From positions 130,575 to 194,574 of the forward strand of contig JBBIRK010000007.1 in the NCBI GenBank assembly GCA_037441845.1: DNA of 64,000 nt, given 5' to 3'. The DNA is from Candidatus Zixiibacteriota bacterium. Its GTDB lineage: Bacteria; Zixibacteria; MSB-5A5; UBA10806; 4484-95. Shown in pieces: positions 30,266-38,933 of this stretch (the stretch's first letter is position 1; every line of letters begins with the position of its first letter). The position numbers and the translations under genes were made by a program. The notes below the pieces were generated by a model that did no database searches, was not told the DNA's origin, and saw only the letters and a list, made by a program, of their open reading frames with translations.

Positions 30266-30871
30266 TTACTCGGTGGAGGCGGCCCGACTATATTTCCCCA
30301 TAATGACAGCCTCGGCCAATACATGGCCTCTCATAGCCGCTTCGATATCGCTTTTAAGCGCTCCGGTTTTCAAAGCCAGAGAAGTGCTTAGCGCATAGAG
30401 TCTGAAATAATATCGATGGAACGGTCCCGCCGGCGGACAAGGCCCGCCATAGCCTAACTGCCTGAAATCGTTTATCCCCTCGACGATTTTCCCCGGCTTG
30501 GTCTCTTTGATATTGTTACGAGGCATCGAGAAATCCTCCGGCAACGACCTGACATTCGCCGGAATATTGAAAAGCACCCAATGAACCCAGGTCCCGAGAG
30601 GAGCGTCGGGATCTTCGCATATCAACACTAATGAACGGGTTTCGGCCGGCGGTTTTTCCCACTTCAAAGGGGGCGACACATCGTCGCCGTCACAAGTGTA
30701 TTTCCTGGGAATCGTGTCGCCGTCGGCAAAGGCCGGACTTTTCAGAGAGAACGACTCTTTTCTGGCCGCCTCACGGTCTGTAGACGATTTGGCCTCGTCG
30801 CCGCCGCAACTCAAAGAAAACATCATAAGGGCAATCAATAATGCCGACAGCTTCAAACAATTAAATCGCAC
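30266..30871 (-). CDS. YbhB/YbcL (PEBP/RKIP-like) lipoprotein
   Basis: GGAGG then GTG 30871; lipobox SLS-C; YTCDG.DVSPPL.W, DPDAP, WVHW, GYGGPCPP, HRYYF.LYAL. Confidence 0.92.
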   Translation of the reverse strand: MRFNCLKLSALLIALMMFSLSCGGDEAKSSTDREAARKESFSLKSPAFADGDTIPRKYTCDGDDVSPPLKWEKPPAETRSLVLICEDPDAPLGTWVHWVLFNIPANVRSLPEDFSMPRNNIKETKPGKIVEGINDFRQLGYGGPCPPAGPFHRYYFRLYALSTSLALKTGALKSDIEAAMRGHVLAEAVIMGKYSRAASTE

Positions 30872-30957
30872 TTCTTCGCCTCCGCGGAAATATAATTTAA
30901 TTAATGATAACCGAGGATCAAGCAATAATAAAATACGGCGTAAAAGAACTTTTGCCA

Positions 30958-31863
30958 TTATGGGGCGACCGGCCCGGGAACGGAAACGGTGTAAACCGCC
31001 AGAGCGCTTTTGCCCGCCAAAAAAGCCAGGCGACTGTGGGCAGGAGAAGGTATCAATCTAACGGCGGCAAACCGCGCATTCAAACTCGACAGTTCCTTGC
31101 CGTCGAGATCATAAACGGAAACGGTTCCAGTGGTGTCGGCCATGATGAAAACCGAAATCGAGCGCAAGAAACCGAGTCCCGCAACCGGAGATTCGACGCG
31201 AGCGATAGTTTTCGATCCGGAGCCGCCCGAGGGGATTTTTCTCAACCGGCCATCGGCGCATAAGGTCAAAACGCAACGCATATCCGATTCGTCGTTTTCG
31301 GGGAATACCGCACCCAGAACCTCATCCGGGTGTATATACACCTTTTTTCTTTGCTCGGTGATATCGTAAAGATAAAGATTTTTGTCGGCGCAGGATGCCA
31401 TCAGGAATCCGTTGTCGCTCGACCAGCTCAACGACCGAATGTTTTTTTTGGGGCTATGGAGAGTTGCTATATAATTGCCCTCGATATCGAATAATACGAT
31501 CAATCCTTCCTGTTCGGCGGTCGCTATTATGGGGACCTGGGGCGAAAATGCCACTAATTCCGGAGGAGAATCGAAACGATCGAAAACCGATTCCAGCCCT
31601 CCGGTCGGCCGCCATATCCGGACGGTCCCATCGGCGGAAGAAGAAGCCAGAAATCTGCCATCGGAACTAAAATCGATGGCGCGGATCGGTCCAACGTGCC
31701 CTTTAAGCTCAAGGAAGACCTTTCCCGTTAAATCGCAAAGGCTGACCACCGATGGTTGCGAGGCCTTGGCCATGGCCATGAATTGGCAATCCGGGCTGAC
31801 GCCTATCTGAAGGCAATCGGCGGAAAAATCTTCGATGTATCGATTCAACTCGAGCGCCGGCAT
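30958..31863 (-). CDS. WD40-repeat protein
   Basis: LKGHVGPIRAIDFSSDGRFLASSSADGTVRIW plus degenerate repeats. Confidence 0.85.
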   Translation of the reverse strand: MPALELNRYIEDFSADCLQIGVSPDCQFMAMAKASQPSVVSLCDLTGKVFLELKGHVGPIRAIDFSSDGRFLASSSADGTVRIWRPTGGLESVFDRFDSPPELVAFSPQVPIIATAEQEGLIVLFDIEGNYIATLHSPKKNIRSLSWSSDNGFLMASCADKNLYLYDITEQRKKVYIHPDEVLGAVFPENDESDMRCVLTLCADGRLRKIPSGGSGSKTIARVESPVAGLGFLRSISVFIMADTTGTVSVYDLDGKELSSLNARFAAVRLIPSPAHSRLAFLAGKSALAVYTVSVPGPVAP

Positions 31864-32047
31864 AAGTTGCTCTTTCCATTAGCCTTTCGGCAGTTTTATG
31901 GGGCACTTTACAGCCCTTTGCAAGGTTGTTTAACATTCGCCGCCTTATGGAATCGGTGGAAAATTCACAAAAAGAGTCGAATAATGCTGTTGCGACCGAT
32001 TCGAGGTTCGATTATATAGAAAGAATCAAAACAGGGATGCAGTTTTT

Positions 32048-33439
32048 ATGAAATATGACTATGATATGATCGTGATCGGAACCGGCCCCTCGGGATTAAA
32101 AGCGGCAACAGCCGCCGCCAAATTCGGCAAAAAAATCGCGGTGGTGGAAAAGCGGGTGGTAGTCGGAGGCGTCTGCATTAACACCGGGACCATACCCTCG
32201 AAAACCATAAGGGAAGCGGTAATTAATCTCACCGGCTATTCCGAACGCGCTTTTTACGGTGTTTCGTATCGGGTAAAAGAAAAAATCACCGCCGAAGATC
32301 TGCTTTCGCGTTGCAATATGGTCATAGCCAGAGAGATCGAGGTGATCAAGGCTCATCTAAAACGCAGCGGAGTGGAAATGCTGCACGGCCAGGCCAGTTT
32401 TATCGATAACCACACGATCAACGTAGCCACCCCGATGGGGGATGCACAATACACGGCCGACAAGATAATGATTGCCGTGGGAACTGTCCCGGCGCATCTG
32501 CCGGATTTGACGATAGACGACGAAATCACGCTCGACAGCGATTCGGTGCTATCGCTGAAAAAGTTGCCCCAAACCCTCACGATTATCGGCGGCGGCGTTA
32601 TCGGTCTCGAGTATGCCTCGATATTCGCCACTCTCGGAATTCAAGTCACGCTGACCGATCGACGCCAACAGCTGCTGAAATTCGTCGATCGCGAAATCGT
32701 CGATTCGCTGATTCACCAAATGCGGCAGGCCGGGGTGGTTTTCCGGCTCGGCGAGGAGGTGGACTCGGTGAAGGTGGAACGGGGGGAAAAGATTAAGGTG
32801 TTGGTTACTTTGAAATCCGGAAAAGTGATCCGTTCCGATATAATGCTGATATCGTTGGGCAGGAAAGGCAATATCGACGGCTTGAATCTGGCTGCCGCCG
32901 GACTGACAGCCGACCATAAGGGACTGCTTAAAGTCGATCGCCATTTCCGCACCGAGGTCGAAAATATCTATGCCGTCGGCGATATCATCGGCTTTCCCTC
33001 ATTGGCCTCGACCAGCATGGAACAGGGACGACAAGCCGCCTATCACGCATTCGATCACTCTTGTCCGCTGTTGACGGGTTTTTTCCCCTATGGGATTTAT
33101 TCCATTCCGGAAATATCTTATGTTGGGGAAAACGAGGAAACGCTTTCTGCCAAAGCGATCCCCTATGAGACCGGTATAGGCCGCTATCAGGAGACCGCCC
33201 GAGGTCAAATACTCGGCGATTTCACCGGTATGCTCAAGCTGATCGTCCATAGGCAAAGCAAGAAATTGCTGGGAGTGCATGCCATAGGAACCGGTGCGAC
33301 CGAGCTTATCCATATCGGTCAGGCGATTATCAGCCTCGGCGGCACGATCGATTACCTTGTGGATTCGGTCTTTAATTACCCGACCTTGGCCGAGTGCTAT
33401 AAAATCGCCGCCCTCGATGTGGTCAATAAGCTCGAATGA
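32048..33439 (+). CDS. sthA: Soluble (Si-specific) NAD(P)+ transhydrogenase
   Basis: GGVCINTGTIPSKT (CxxxxT rather than CxxxxC), GFPSLASTSMEQGR, GIYSIPEIS, FNYPTLAECYK. Confidence 0.93.
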   Translation: MKYDYDMIVIGTGPSGLKAATAAAKFGKKIAVVEKRVVVGGVCINTGTIPSKTIREAVINLTGYSERAFYGVSYRVKEKITAEDLLSRCNMVIAREIEVIKAHLKRSGVEMLHGQASFIDNHTINVATPMGDAQYTADKIMIAVGTVPAHLPDLTIDDEITLDSDSVLSLKKLPQTLTIIGGGVIGLEYASIFATLGIQVTLTDRRQQLLKFVDREIVDSLIHQMRQAGVVFRLGEEVDSVKVERGEKIKVLVTLKSGKVIRSDIMLISLGRKGNIDGLNLAAAGLTADHKGLLKVDRHFRTEVENIYAVGDIIGFPSLASTSMEQGRQAAYHAFDHSCPLLTGFFPYGIYSIPEISYVGENEETLSAKAIPYETGIGRYQETARGQILGDFTGMLKLIVHRQSKKLLGVHAIGTGATELIHIGQAIISLGGTIDYLVDSVFNYPTLAECYKIAALDVVNKLE

Positions 33440-33506
33440 AGCGAGCTGCTTTCTCTCGAACGCGTAACTTCACCATAAGAGCGGCACTATCGCCGGCACG
33501 GCCGAC

Positions 33507-33550
33507 TTCAATGCAGCGCGGCGGGGAGTCATTCCCCCACGTTGCATGAA
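33507..33550. terminator. Long imperfect hairpin between convergent genes
   Basis: TTCA-ATGCAGCG..GGGGAG-TCA-TTCCCC..CGTTGCAT-GAA; no clear U-tract. Confidence 0.4.
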
Positions 33551-33616
33551 CAAAACCACTCGACAGCGGCGCAAATCGACCGAAACGGAGATACCGCCGA
33601 TGACCACGATCGGATT

Positions 33617-34993
33617 TTACAGGCTCCTGATTTTATTGCGTCCGGACTTGACCTTTTTGGTGGCATTGCGTGTATCGACAATCAGACGCGAGTTGTCGAC
33701 TATCCATTGGTAATCGTAAGTCGAATGATCGGTGACGATCAATACGCAATCGAATGCGGCCAGCGCCGGGGCCGTAAGCCTGACCGAATTGGACCGCAAA
33801 TTACCATCGAGGCGAATCGACGGCACGTGCGGGTCATTGTAGGCGATATCGGCTCCCTTTTCCATCAGCAGCTTTATCACATCCAACGCCGGTGATTCGC
33901 GGACATCCGAAATATCTTTTTTGTAAGCCACTCCCAGCACGAGAATTTTCGATCCCTTGAGCGATTTTTTCTGTTCGTTCATCGCCGACACGACCTTCTC
34001 CACCACATATTCCGGCATGTGTGAATTGATGTCACCGGCCAGCTCTATAAACCTGGCGTAATAATTAAGGGATCGGAGTTTCCACGACAGATAATGGGGA
34101 TCAATCGGAATGCAGTGACCGCCCAGACCCGGACCGGGATAAAATTTCATGAATCCGAACGGTTTGGTGGCGGCCGCGTCGATCACCTCCCAGACGTTTA
34201 TTTTAAGCTTATCGCACATCAAAGCCACTTCGTTCACCAACCCGATATTGACCGAGCGAAACGTGTTCTCCAGCAACTTGACCATCTCGGCGGCCCGGGT
34301 GGAGCTCACCGGAATAACCTCGGTGACGATCTGACGGTAAAGCAGCTCGGCGATTCGGGTGCAAGTCGGCGTGACTCCGCCTACGATTTTCGGCGTGTTG
34401 TGGGTGTTATAGTTCGGGTTTCCGGGATCGACCCGTTCCGGCGAAAAGGCCAGGAAAATATCGATACCGGCGCGGAAGTTTTTATGTTCGAAAATCGGCA
34501 GCACCAATTCCTCGGTGGTGCCCGGATAGGTCGTCGATTCGAGAACGATCAATTGCCCGGGATGAAGATACTTTTCGATCTCCGAAGCCGCCGCCAGAAT
34601 ATAGGAGACATCGGGATCTTTGGTCTTATTAAGCGGGGTAGGGACGCAGATCGAAACGCAATCGCAGTTTTTCAGATGAGAAAAGTCGGTGGTGTTCTTC
34701 AACCTTTTCAGGTCGACCAGTTCTTTCACCTGATAATCCTTGATATCGTCCACGTCGGATTTTCCGGAGTTAAGGGTCTTGATTTTTTTGGGGTTGATAT
34801 CGATGCCGATCACCTTATAGCCGACCCGGCCGAATTCTACCGCCAGCGGCAGACCGACGTATCCCATACCGATAATTCCTATCACCGCGGTGCGGTCAAG
34901 GATTTTTTCCTCGAGTTTTTTGGCAGTGTCCGGGGGCCTGGAAACACGGCCCGAAGATGCCGCTGCCTTTTTTCCTGATTTGGTGGGTGTCAT
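33617..34993 (-). CDS. UDP-HexNAc 6-dehydrogenase (WbpA/WecC family nucleotide-sugar dehydrogenase)
   Basis: GMGYVGLPLA, ICVPTPL, LESTTYPGTT, FSPERVDPG, KLLENTFR, GLGGHCIP, GVAYKKD..D.RESP. Confidence 0.95.
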   Translation of the reverse strand: MTPTKSGKKAAASSGRVSRPPDTAKKLEEKILDRTAVIGIIGMGYVGLPLAVEFGRVGYKVIGIDINPKKIKTLNSGKSDVDDIKDYQVKELVDLKRLKNTTDFSHLKNCDCVSICVPTPLNKTKDPDVSYILAAASEIEKYLHPGQLIVLESTTYPGTTEELVLPIFEHKNFRAGIDIFLAFSPERVDPGNPNYNTHNTPKIVGGVTPTCTRIAELLYRQIVTEVIPVSSTRAAEMVKLLENTFRSVNIGLVNEVALMCDKLKINVWEVIDAAATKPFGFMKFYPGPGLGGHCIPIDPHYLSWKLRSLNYYARFIELAGDINSHMPEYVVEKVVSAMNEQKKSLKGSKILVLGVAYKKDISDVRESPALDVIKLLMEKGADIAYNDPHVPSIRLDGNLRSNSVRLTAPALAAFDCVLIVTDHSTYDYQWIVDNSRLIVDTRNATKKVKSGRNKIRSL

Positions 34994-35081
34994 TTAATCT
35001 CCTATCGATAGGTGTTTATAATTTTCATATGGCGTTTGATCGCCTTAAGCGGAAAATATGACTTTCGACAAGCGAAACAGG

Positions 35082-36032
35082 CTATTCTTTCAAACTGTTC
35101 AGCCAATACTCGTACATTTCTTTCAGGGTTAATTTGATATCCCTCATCGGACGCCAGCCGGTGTCTTTCGTCAATTTTTCGCAAGAGCCTATCAAAATCG
35201 GAATATCGACCGGACGCAGGCGCGATGGATCTTCGATAACCGCGATCTTCTTGGTCGAAAACGAGATGATCGTTTGCAAAAGTTCCTCCAAGCGATAGCC
35301 GATGCCGGAACAGACATTATAAGCCTCTCCCGGAACACCTTTCTCGATTACGGCCAGATAAGCCTCAATCGTATCTTGAACATCGGTGTAATCGCGGGAT
35401 ACCTTGAGGTTGCCGACCTTGATCTGCGGCGCCGCCAGACCCAATTCGATTTTTGCGGTCTGAAAAGCCCAATCCGACAGCACAGCCTGAGTTCCCTGGG
35501 CCGGTCCGCAATGAGAAAAAGCGCGCACACGGTAAACCGGCATTTTATAGGCCTTGAAATACTGATATCCGAGCATATCGCATGCGGCTTTGGAAACTCC
35601 ATAGGGATTGACTGGAACCAGAGGAGCGGTTTCACGCACCGGGACATCATCGGGACCCAGCTGGCCATATATTTCCGAGGACGAAACCAGCAGCACTTTT
35701 GCCTGACGTTTAAGACGCACGACCGATTCGAGCAGATTAAGCGTTCCCATAACGTTGACCGCGAACGTCTGCGTAGGATTTTCGAAAGAAAGTTTCACCG
35801 ACGACAGCGCCGCCAGATGAAATACCACATCCGGGGAATGACGCCGAATCGTCCAGGAAAGCTTGTCGAAATCGCAAAGGTCACCCTCGGTAACCTGTAT
35901 CTTGGTGGGGAATACGCCGTCTTGAATATCTTGCGCGAGAGCGAATCCCGCCACCTCGTGGCCGCTATCGAACAGCCGCCGCGCCAAATGTCTTCCTACA
36001 AATCCGAAAATCCCGGTAACGAAAGTTTTCAT
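35082..36032 (-). CDS. GDP-mannose 4,6-dehydratase / GDP-4-keto-6-deoxymannose reductase (Rmd-like SDR)
   Basis: VTG..GFVG, HLAA.SSV..SF, SSSEIYG, PYGVSK (YxxxK), VGNL...RDY.DV.D, RLRPVD. Confidence 0.88.
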   Translation of the reverse strand: MKTFVTGIFGFVGRHLARRLFDSGHEVAGFALAQDIQDGVFPTKIQVTEGDLCDFDKLSWTIRRHSPDVVFHLAALSSVKLSFENPTQTFAVNVMGTLNLLESVVRLKRQAKVLLVSSSEIYGQLGPDDVPVRETAPLVPVNPYGVSKAACDMLGYQYFKAYKMPVYRVRAFSHCGPAQGTQAVLSDWAFQTAKIELGLAAPQIKVGNLKVSRDYTDVQDTIEAYLAVIEKGVPGEAYNVCSGIGYRLEELLQTIISFSTKKIAVIEDPSRLRPVDIPILIGSCEKLTKDTGWRPMRDIKLTLKEMYEYWLNSLKE

Positions 36033-36134
36033 TTTCGGCAACCCTTATCCGCTTCGGTCCGATAAAGTCAGTTAATATAATGCGAAATTTCCATTATGAA
36101 AGACAATAATATCGGAAGCGGAAGGCAAGGATTT

Positions 36135-36156
36135 AAAAAGGCCGCTTCATGCGGCC
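36135..36156 (-). terminator. Intrinsic terminator of the 36181-36801 gene
   Basis: Minus strand GGCCGC-ATGAA-GCGGCC followed by TTTTT. Confidence 0.7.
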
Positions 36157-36180
36157 CTTGAAAACCATAACACCAAAAAT

Positions 36181-36801
36181 TTATCGATCATATGATTTGA
36201 TCATCGACAACACGTTCTGCAGCGAACTCGATACGTTGGAGAGAACCTTGGAATAACGCTTCAGCAACTCGGTATATTGCCAACGCATGGCGAACGCTTT
36301 TTCCGGAAACTCGAATATATCCAGCAGGACTTTCTTGTAGATTTCATCCATATATTGAAGCACGTAGAACGGATAATCGGGAATGTTGGGGTCTTGAGCC
36401 AATCCCTTGGAAATCCGGTCGCGATAAATTTCGATTTTTTCGAGCACCACGGTTCCGAAACACCAGGGAGTCATTATGGAACTGATATTCGAGCTGTCGG
36501 TGTAATAATACTGGATATTTTTCAGCAACTGCTCGATAATGATTTTCTTGGCTCTGAAAAATGCGAGTGTTTCCTCGTACTCGGGCGGCGTGGCCGCTAT
36601 CTTGTCGTTGACGACTTTCAGGTCTCTTAGCGCCCGGGCTTCGGTTTTCTCGAGAAACTTATAAAAATCATCGAAATATACTTTTACATTTTCGCTGGTG
36701 GTATAAGTGTAGGCTCCGCCCTCGTCCCGACCCAATCTCGGGTCTTTGGTTTTTCTTATTACTTCTTCGGTGAATCCTCGTTGTAAACCATTCGAGAGCA
36801 T
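36181..36801 (-). CDS. Hypothetical helical protein (about 206 aa)
   Basis: GAGGAG SD 6 nt before ATG 36801; own promoter and terminator; no recognisable family. Confidence 0.8.
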   Translation of the reverse strand: MLSNGLQRGFTEEVIRKTKDPRLGRDEGGAYTYTTSENVKVYFDDFYKFLEKTEARALRDLKVVNDKIAATPPEYEETLAFFRAKKIIIEQLLKNIQYYYTDSSNISSIMTPWCFGTVVLEKIEIYRDRISKGLAQDPNIPDYPFYVLQYMDEIYKKVLLDIFEFPEKAFAMRWQYTELLKRYSKVLSNVSSSLQNVLSMIKSYDR

Positions 36802-36839
36802 TGTCATCTCCTCTGGTTGCCCCTTTTGATCCGCATCAA

Positions 36840-36855
36840 TGCAAATCGTATGCCA
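36840..36855 (-). promoter_or_regulatory. Sigma54 (-24/-12) promoter
   Basis: Minus strand TGGCATACGATTTGCA: GG-N10-GC, near consensus TGGCAC-N5-TTGCA. Confidence 0.75.
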
Positions 36856-36962
36856 TAAGCGCCCCCGGGGCGGCTGGTTTTTCCCCTCCCCCTCACCCGG
36901 CCAACGCCTTATCGCCTAACACCTTGCCAACCCCCAAACAATGAGGCGTCACCAGTATCGAA

Positions 36963-36991
36963 AATATAACGCCTATTGCGGCAAAAGGCAA
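36963..36991 (-). promoter_or_regulatory. Putative sigma70 promoter upstream of the sigma54 site
   Basis: TTGCCT-17nt-TATATT on the minus strand. Confidence 0.45.
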
Positions 36992-37131
36992 ATCAAAAGC
37001 GCAACCAACATGAATATTATTGCACTTCGATTGCATATAGGAATCGAACATATTCATAATGGATTATGCTGCACCATAAATCCCTTTCCAGGAGTTCAAC
37101 TTGACTCGAATATCAGATCTGTATCATCGAC

Positions 37132-37788
37132 CTATCCTTCTATCGCCGATCGGATTTCGGCCGCCGAGGTTATTTTGGCGAATCCGAAAGCCAAGTTCAA
37201 AAGCGAGGCCAGATGCATCTGCTCGTTGACCGATCCGGTGCAATCGGCCAGGAAAAAGACGCGGTAATCGCGATAGTAGGCATCGCGGGCGGTCGATTCA
37301 CAGCACATATTGGTCATTATTCCGGTAATGACGATATCCTCGATTTTAAGGCACCTCAAGATCGTTTCCAGATCAGTGTTGTAGAACGCCGAGTAGCGAT
37401 GTTTCGACACCACTTTCTCCGACGGGAGCGGCTTCAGTTCGTCATGCACGTCGCTTTCCGGGGTCCCCTCGATACACATCCCCTCCCACCACCATTCCAT
37501 AATGCCGGCGTCGATTTTGCCAGGGTGGTGGACATGCTTGGTGAAAATGACTGGTCGGCCGGCGTTACGGAAAGCATTTATCAGCATTTTGATATTGGGA
37601 ATGATCGCCAGGCCACCCTCGGTGAACGTCGGCATGGAAGAGTCGAGAAAGAATTTCTGCATATCTATCACCAGCAAGGCAACCGCTTTTTTATTCAGGG
37701 TCATCGGATGACTGTTGTAGGGTGCGATCCGCTCGAGCCATTCCGCTGTCTTATGATCGAGGTTTTCTTTGGTAACGTAGTGGCCCAT
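37132..37788 (-). CDS. Isochorismatase-family cysteine hydrolase
   Basis: LLVIDMQ (Asp), K.RYSAF (Lys), TNMCCESTAR (Cys). Confidence 0.93.
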   Translation of the reverse strand: MGHYVTKENLDHKTAEWLERIAPYNSHPMTLNKKAVALLVIDMQKFFLDSSMPTFTEGGLAIIPNIKMLINAFRNAGRPVIFTKHVHHPGKIDAGIMEWWWEGMCIEGTPESDVHDELKPLPSEKVVSKHRYSAFYNTDLETILRCLKIEDIVITGIMTNMCCESTARDAYYRDYRVFFLADCTGSVNEQMHLASLLNLAFGFAKITSAAEIRSAIEG

Positions 37789-37863
37789 GATGTGTTCCTC
37801 CTTAAAAAATACGACCGTTTCTTGTCATGGGAATGTACACCTGATCAGCGGATCAGGACATTC

Positions 37864-38862
37864 TTATTTATAATATTTTCTGTATGGAAATACCGACAGC
37901 AAGCCACCGGTATGAATGAAAACCACTTTGGTCTCAGGCTCGATTCGGCCTTTAATGACGTAATCGAAAAGGCCGAACATCGCTTTCGCCGTATATGCCG
38001 GATCGAGCACGATCCCATTGTGCCGCGCTATCCCTTTTATGAATGACGCCTCGCGATCGCCGATTTTCGCGTAGCCGGGTCCGATATAAGCGTCATCTAT
38101 CTCGATATCCGATATGCTCGGCTTAAGGCGAAGATCGTATTTATCGACGAATGCGTGGGCGAGATCGGCTATCCGTTTGGTAAAATAAAGACAATCCCTG
38201 CTGACGGCGAACCCGATCAGTCTGACCGGCCACTTAAGATACAACGAGGCCAGATATAAGCCGCAATATGTGCCGCCGGAGCCGACCGCGCAGACAAGCG
38301 TATCCGCCTTTATCGATGCCTTATCCAGCTGCTTTTTCGTTTCGATGCCGGCCAGAAAGTATCCCCAAACACCCAGCGGATTTGAGGCACCCTCCGGAAT
38401 TATATAAGGCTTGCGCCCTTTGCGGGACAGTCGGGCTGCATGCTCTTTCAGTATGGAATCGATATCGGATTCATATTCGCATTCGCTTACAAAATGCAAC
38501 TCGGCGCCGTACAACGTGTCGAGAAGCAGGTTGCCATCGGGGACCGCGGGCTTTTTCCCTTTCAGGACCAGGTGGCATCCGAGGCCGGCGCGGGCGGCTA
38601 AAGCGGCGGTCGCGCGGCAGTGATTGGAGCCGACTCCGCCGCAGGTTATCAATGTATCGTGCCCGCCTTTGAGCGCGTCATAAAGGATAAACTCGAGCTT
38701 GCGGATTTTATTGCCGGAGAGTTCGGAACCGGTTAGGTCGTCCCGTTTAATGAAGATGTCGATTCCGGAATCGGGAGCCGGCGATAAGCCGAAATGCTCG
38801 ATCGGCGTGGGCAGCATCGCCAACTGAAACCGCGGCGGCGGATTGAGCTTTTTGGGCGGCAT
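37864..38862 (-). CDS. D-cysteine desulfhydrase-family PLP enzyme
   Basis: KRDD.....SGNKIRKLE, SNH, IPEGAS, GSGGT; LDPAYTAKA and HTGG rather than the ACC deaminase E and L residues. Confidence 0.88.
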   Translation of the reverse strand: MPPKKLNPPPRFQLAMLPTPIEHFGLSPAPDSGIDIFIKRDDLTGSELSGNKIRKLEFILYDALKGGHDTLITCGGVGSNHCRATAALAARAGLGCHLVLKGKKPAVPDGNLLLDTLYGAELHFVSECEYESDIDSILKEHAARLSRKGRKPYIIPEGASNPLGVWGYFLAGIETKKQLDKASIKADTLVCAVGSGGTYCGLYLASLYLKWPVRLIGFAVSRDCLYFTKRIADLAHAFVDKYDLRLKPSISDIEIDDAYIGPGYAKIGDREASFIKGIARHNGIVLDPAYTAKAMFGLFDYVIKGRIEPETKVVFIHTGGLLSVFPYRKYYK

Positions 38863-38867
38863 GAATC

Positions 38868-38897
38868 AATATAATAAATGCGGGTAAATTATGGCAA
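38868..38897 (-). promoter_or_regulatory. Putative sigma70 promoter giving a leaderless mRNA
   Basis: TTGCCA-18nt-TATATT, then 5 nt (GATTC) before ATG 38862; no SD. Confidence 0.55.
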
Positions 38898-38933
38898 GCA
38901 GGAATGCCCTGCCCCTAACGACCGAATTTTATT

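Noticed and set aside
32048..33439. Dihydrolipoamide dehydrogenase (E3 partner for the fused E1)
   Set aside because: The redox disulfide CxxxxC is CxxxxT and the HPT motif is YPT, which are SthA signatures.
36181..36300. Faint likeness of the orphan C-terminus to T3SS needle/rod helices
   Set aside because: Only a generic amphipathic helix pattern; there are no T3SS genes nearby and the protein is too long.
37864..38862. ACC deaminase call
   Set aside because: Has DPAYT and HTGG rather than the diagnostic DPVYE and HLGG.
38893..38917. REP-like hairpin GGCAAGCAGGAATGCCCTGCCCCTA (also CCGCCGTAGGCGG at about 59342)
   Set aside because: Single degenerate copies with no RAYT/TnpA gene; a repeat family cannot be established from this window.
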